Below, piece after piece: positions 33,709-36,872 of a DNA stretch of 36,872 nucleotides. The notes beneath the pieces were generated by a model. That model was not told where the DNA came from, made no database searches, and saw only the letters and a program-made list of their open reading frames with translations. The translations under genes and the position numbers were made by a program. Every line of letters starts with the position of its first letter. The first letter of the stretch is position 1. Source of the stretch: a virus (Duplodnaviria; Caudoviricetes); the IMG/VR virus record IMGVR_UViG_3300020045_006925, positions 1-36,872 of that record, one strand, 5' to 3'.

Positions 33709-34566
33709 CTAGCGCCTGCGGACTTTGTGCATGTACGCTTCGTATTCCTGTTGGTTCATATCTTTAATGTCTTTTTGACCTTGAGAATTTGACTTTACAG
33801 GAGCTATCGGAGCGGCTGCTTTTGTCTGTCTTACTTGGCTATCCGCTTGTTCAGGCTGATTTTGAGAGATATGAGCTTCTAACATTCCAACCACGCGATA
33901 AAGTTCTTTTCCTTGAAGACGTGAAATCTTCGCAGCATCATCGGGATTTTGTGTCAGATACAGGGCAATTTTTTCGCCTTGATCACTATCAAAAATAGCT
34001 TCTTTCAATGGCTCTGAAATATATCCTGCGTCATTCAGTTCGATCAATCTTGGGAGATAATCGGGATTACTCGCGATCACCGCAGCTTCGCGTAAAGAAT
34101 ACGCTTTGCGCTTTTCCTCAAATTCGACCTGCTGTTTGAAGGTCTCTGTTTTGGTTGCTTCTTCGTTGGCCAGCTCTGCTTTGAATTTTTTAAGTTCATA
34201 AGCTCTTTCGGCCTTAAGGAAGTCCATCACATTTTCAAAATCGGCCTCTTTAGGCGGAGCGTCTTCAGGGTCAGATTTACCAGAGATTTGCTTTTCGAGC
34301 TTTTCGAGACGTGCGGCCAATTCGGCTTTTTCGGCTCTCTCTTTCTCGATTAAACTTCTCTCCCACTTACCGAGCTTCAGCTTTTTAGCTTTTTCAGCTT
34401 CTACTGCTTCAGCTTGCGCTTTAGCAGCATTTTCAGACTGTTGTGCCTCTTCGACTACAGCGCCACCGTTTGATCCAGTGATCTGATTGTCTTGAGGGTT
34501 AGAGGTGTCTTGGGTTGCCGCCACTCCGTTTTGAAGATTTACGCCAGCGTCTTGTTCTTGATCCAT
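33709..34566 (-). CDS. Scaffolding protein, P22 gp8-like
   Basis: Upstream of coat; P..DF, G..I.LYL..NP, T.A.API.PV, M...EY.A C-terminus. Confidence 0.85.
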   Translation of the reverse strand: MDQEQDAGVNLQNGVAATQDTSNPQDNQITGSNGGAVVEEAQQSENAAKAQAEAVEAEKAKKLKLGKWERSLIEKERAEKAELAARLEKLEKQISGKSDPEDAPPKEADFENVMDFLKAERAYELKKFKAELANEEATKTETFKQQVEFEEKRKAYSLREAAVIASNPDYLPRLIELNDAGYISEPLKEAIFDSDQGEKIALYLTQNPDDAAKISRLQGKELYRVVGMLEAHISQNQPEQADSQVRQTKAAAPIAPVKSNSQGQKDIKDMNQQEYEAYMHKVRRR

Positions 34567-34603
34567 GTGTTTCTCACCTGTTAGGGATTTATAGAATACG
34601 AGG

Positions 34604-34633
34604 ATTTTATATTTTTGCGCCTGAAACTGTCAA
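34604..34633 (-). promoter_or_regulatory. Putative sigma70 promoter for scaffold-coat genes
   Basis: TTGACA-16 nt-TATAAA (or 18 nt-TAAAAT) on minus strand in an intergenic gap. Confidence 0.7.
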
Positions 34634-34643
34634 GGCATTTAAT

Positions 34644-35075
34644 TTATGCGGAAAATGGGAGGCACAAAAGGAGGATATAAATATCTTCTTCTTCGCGTTG
34701 CATCATCATGATTTGCTGATTGATTTCGGCCTGAAGAGCGCGGATCGCCTCGGCCTCTTGCATAGCTTTGAGAAGCTGCTTTTGAAAGAATGTGTTTGAA
34801 AGATTTCCTGCACGCTTTGCTTCAAGCCTAAGGATTTGAGCTTCCTTCTCTTCAGCGGCGCGATCTTGAGCAGCCTTCTTTGCTTTTAAAGCCTGAAGCT
34901 CTCGCTGCTTTTTCAGATAAGCGGCCTTCGAAACTTCATAAGTATTGTGTTCAGTCTGGAATTTATGCTTGCTGATCTTCCCGCCGCCGCCCTGCGGTTG
35001 CTGAACGACAACGCCTCCCATGATCTGAAAGGCGTTGCGTTGAAAGCCGGAATGCTGGAAGCCAGAAAATCCCAT
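34644..35075 (-). CDS. Hypothetical protein (143 aa; FQxxxFQxxAFQ N-terminus)
   Basis: GGAGG RBS; co-oriented. Confidence 0.78.
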   Translation of the reverse strand: MGFSGFQHSGFQRNAFQIMGGVVVQQPQGGGGKISKHKFQTEHNTYEVSKAAYLKKQRELQALKAKKAAQDRAAEEKEAQILRLEAKRAGNLSNTFFQKQLLKAMQEAEAIRALQAEINQQIMMMQREEEDIYILLLCLPFSA

Positions 35076-35078
35076 AGA

Positions 35079-35357
35079 TTAGAGATCATCCTCCGCATCG
35101 GCGAAAAGCTCATTAGTTTTAAGCTTCTCATAAATCCAAGCGCGTGTCGGATCGACAACTTCGTTTTCACCTTCAAGCTCAATCGCAACCCCCCAAACGA
35201 AAGCTGGCTGCTTATTGTCTTTTCGCGCTTCTTCTGAAATATAGCCGTTGACGGTCACATGCATTCTTTTTTCAGCGCAATAATGTTGATAGCTGAAAAT
35301 ATTTAAATAAGTAATCACCACACCAGTAGGCTGTTCTATATTTTTCTTAAGACCCAT
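35079..35357 (-). CDS. Hypothetical protein (92 aa; possible fibre assembly factor)
   Basis: AGGAG RBS; C-terminal YEKLK...FADAED pattern often seen beside fibre genes. Confidence 0.72.
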   Translation of the reverse strand: MGLKKNIEQPTGVVITYLNIFSYQHYCAEKRMHVTVNGYISEEARKDNKQPAFVWGVAIELEGENEVVDPTRAWIYEKLKTNELFADAEDDL

Positions 35358-35526
35358 TTTTTTCTCCTAAAAGTTGTTTAAGCATTTTTCCAAGTAAGAC
35401 ATTATCATTTTTTAATATATCGCCTTGTTTTCTAAGTTCTTTGAACTCGAAATAAAAATACAGCGCATGAGCTGCCAAAGCAATCATTAATAAAAATATC
35501 CATCCCTTGATCGTGAAGATTTCCAT
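35347..35526 (-). CDS. Small membrane protein (59 aa, MEIFTIKGW...)
   Basis: AGGTG RBS before ATG 35526; one TM helix plus coiled coil. Confidence 0.65.
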   Translation of the reverse strand: MEIFTIKGWIFLLMIALAAHALYFYFEFKELRKQGDILKNDNVLLGKMLKQLLGEKNGS

Positions 35527-35533
35527 GAAGCAC

Positions 35534-35851
35534 CTACGCTGCTGAAGGCATATTTCGGCAAATTGCCTTGAGAGCATTGATATCTGTAATAACACCAGCA
35601 AAGAGCGAGGCAAGCCCCGCAGCCGTGGGGGCATTCAATCCTAACGTGATCACCGCCGTGGGTATCGTTACGCTTGTTGAAGCATCTGCTGGAACTGTTG
35701 CCTTATTTGATCTCCATGATGATAGAGAAGAGATCGCGCTTTCTGCGGAGGCCATTCGAGCTTCTAAGCTGTCCATTCCTGAAGTCATTGATGCCATTGC
35801 AGCATCCGCTTCAATTCGTGTCATTAAATCGTTTGGAGGCGTGTAACTCAT
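35534..35851 (-). CDS. Small fibre-like trimeric protein (105 aa)
   Basis: AAGGAG RBS; heptad N-terminus, C-terminal TDINALKA pattern as in head-fibre-like proteins. Confidence 0.68.
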   Translation of the reverse strand: MSYTPPNDLMTRIEADAAMASMTSGMDSLEARMASAESAISSLSSWRSNKATVPADASTSVTIPTAVITLGLNAPTAAGLASLFAGVITDINALKAICRNMPSAA

Positions 35852-35863
35852 GATCTTTTCTCC

Positions 35864-36872
35864 TTATAAAATCCACCAGTCAGTGCCATCAAATTGTAGC
35901 ATAACGCTCGAAAAGTTTGTATTGATAACGTATGTTGCAGCGCCATCGATCAGACCTGAAGCCGGAGTGATCGTGATATTATTCGCAGCAGCATCGCCCT
36001 TTCCATCCTTGATAATAAATTGTTGGCCAGGAGCAGCATTCGCTGGAAGATTGACGGCAGTCGCAGCGCCCGCAGCTTTATTCACGATGATCGTGCTATC
36101 AGATCGAGCGACTGCAATTGCTCCCGCACCCGTGAAAACCTGAATTGCCAAAGCTTGAGATTGGAAAAGGCTTACACCTAAAGGAGCATAAACCGCATAT
36201 GGATTAGTAATGGTCATATTTGCGCCAGCAATTGGAGCGCTATCAACCGCAAAAGCTGCGGCAATATCAGTTACGCTTGCGGCCGCAGCTGCGTGGGTAC
36301 TAGGTGTAATCCTAAAATCGCGCTGTAATGCGATCGTACCTGTTGCATGGGTTCTTGTTTGTCCAAAATTAAAATAAATACTGCTTTGCTCAATACCATT
36401 GTCAAGGTTACTATCAAATCTCCCCGTAAATAAGTATTTTGGCGCCCCTCCAGTAAATCCAGTGGTCAGATTGGTGGAAAATGTTGTTTGATTTAAAGAT
36501 GACCTTATTCTATCGTTTCCTGAAACTTGAAATATTAAATTCCCGTTAGTTCCTCCAGTATTGATAGTTACGTTAGCATCGCCCTTTGGTCTTATTAGCA
36601 AAGCCTCATTTGAAGCTGAACTTATGACCGTAAGTGTTGCGCCATTAAAAGCATTTCCGGCAATGACACCAATACCTGTAGCAGAAGATACGCCGCTACT
36701 ATCAACCGAAAAAGCGGGGTTGATATTACCCTGACGACCAACTGCAAAAGCGCTGGCATTTTGAGCGACAAGATTATTCGCCCAAGTTCCATCTCCTCGA
36801 AGGAAAAAAGCAGCCGTATCCGTGCCAGTCCCCAATTGAGAAGGATCGGCAACGCCTGTAACTGGATGATCC
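35864..36872 (-). CDS. 3' part of origin-spanning virion fibre-like protein (starts at 261)
   Basis: FLRGDGTW fibre motif; C-terminal VNLPA...IIKDGKGDAAANNITI...IDGA..YVINTN...L.FDGT.W domain. Confidence 0.85.
   Translation of the reverse strand, partial: DHPVTGVADPSQLGTGTDTAAFFLRGDGTWANNLVAQNASAFAVGRQGNINPAFSVDSSGVSSATGIGVIAGNAFNGATLTVISSASNEALLIRPKGDANVTINTGGTNGNLIFQVSGNDRIRSSLNQTTFSTNLTTGFTGGAPKYLFTGRFDSNLDNGIEQSSIYFNFGQTRTHATGTIALQRDFRITPSTHAAAAASVTDIAAAFAVDSAPIAGANMTITNPYAVYAPLGVSLFQSQALAIQVFTGAGAIAVARSDSTIIVNKAAGAATAVNLPANAAPGQQFIIKDGKGDAAANNITITPASGLIDGAATYVINTNFSSVMLQFDGTDWWIL
36752..36872 (+). repeat. Terminal direct repeat, copy 2 (assembly overlap)
   Basis: Identical to 1-121. 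Confidence 0.97.

Larger units (their letters stand above)
1..36872. mobile_element. Complete P22-like podovirus genome (circular assembly, ~36,751 bp unique)
   Basis: Terminal 121-bp identity with a gene reading through the junction; full set of terminase, portal, scaffold, coat, gp4/gp10/gp26-like, ejection, fibre and lysis genes; no host genes seen. Confidence 0.95.

Noticed and set aside
1-36872. tRNA genes, attP/integrase, alternative genetic code
   Set aside because: No cloverleaf or T-loop signature or recombinase motif noticed; genes are intact and densely packed in the standard code

Overview
The window is an apparently complete, circularly assembled ~36,751-bp genome of a P22-like short-tailed phage: bases 1-121 are identical to 36752-36872, and one gene runs through the junction. 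The minus strand carries a long replication-to-late path. In order: replication initiator, ParB-domain protein, GREB1/TAGT-like glycosyltransferase, TerS, three tiny ORFs, TerL, portal, an inserted fibre module, scaffold, coat, gp4/gp10/gp26-like tail parts, three ejection proteins, tail fibre, holin, SAR-type lysozyme, and Rz with an embedded Rz1. Two plus-strand early operons carry many small ORFs, YqaJ exonuclease, RecT and a large plasmid-type ParB-family protein. A short minus operon encodes Arc-like, GapR-like and RusA proteins. I recognised no integrase, CI-type repressor, ParA, helicase, DNA methyltransferase or TET dioxygenase. Spanins indicate a diderm host; the GapR-like gene and apparent GANTC avoidance suggest an alphaproteobacterium (inference). 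The best candidates for new biology are: (i) a packaging-linked ParB + glycosyltransferase module lacking the usual base-hydroxylating partner, (ii) a structured 5' leader RNA whose loop can pair with the initiator gene's RBS region, (iii) a five-copy TGTA-N11-TACA operator at the main promoter regions of an integrase-less phage, and (iv) a gp7-like ejection protein with an extra N-terminal domain followed by an antimicrobial-peptide-like helix. All product calls come from motif recognition by eye, not database searches.
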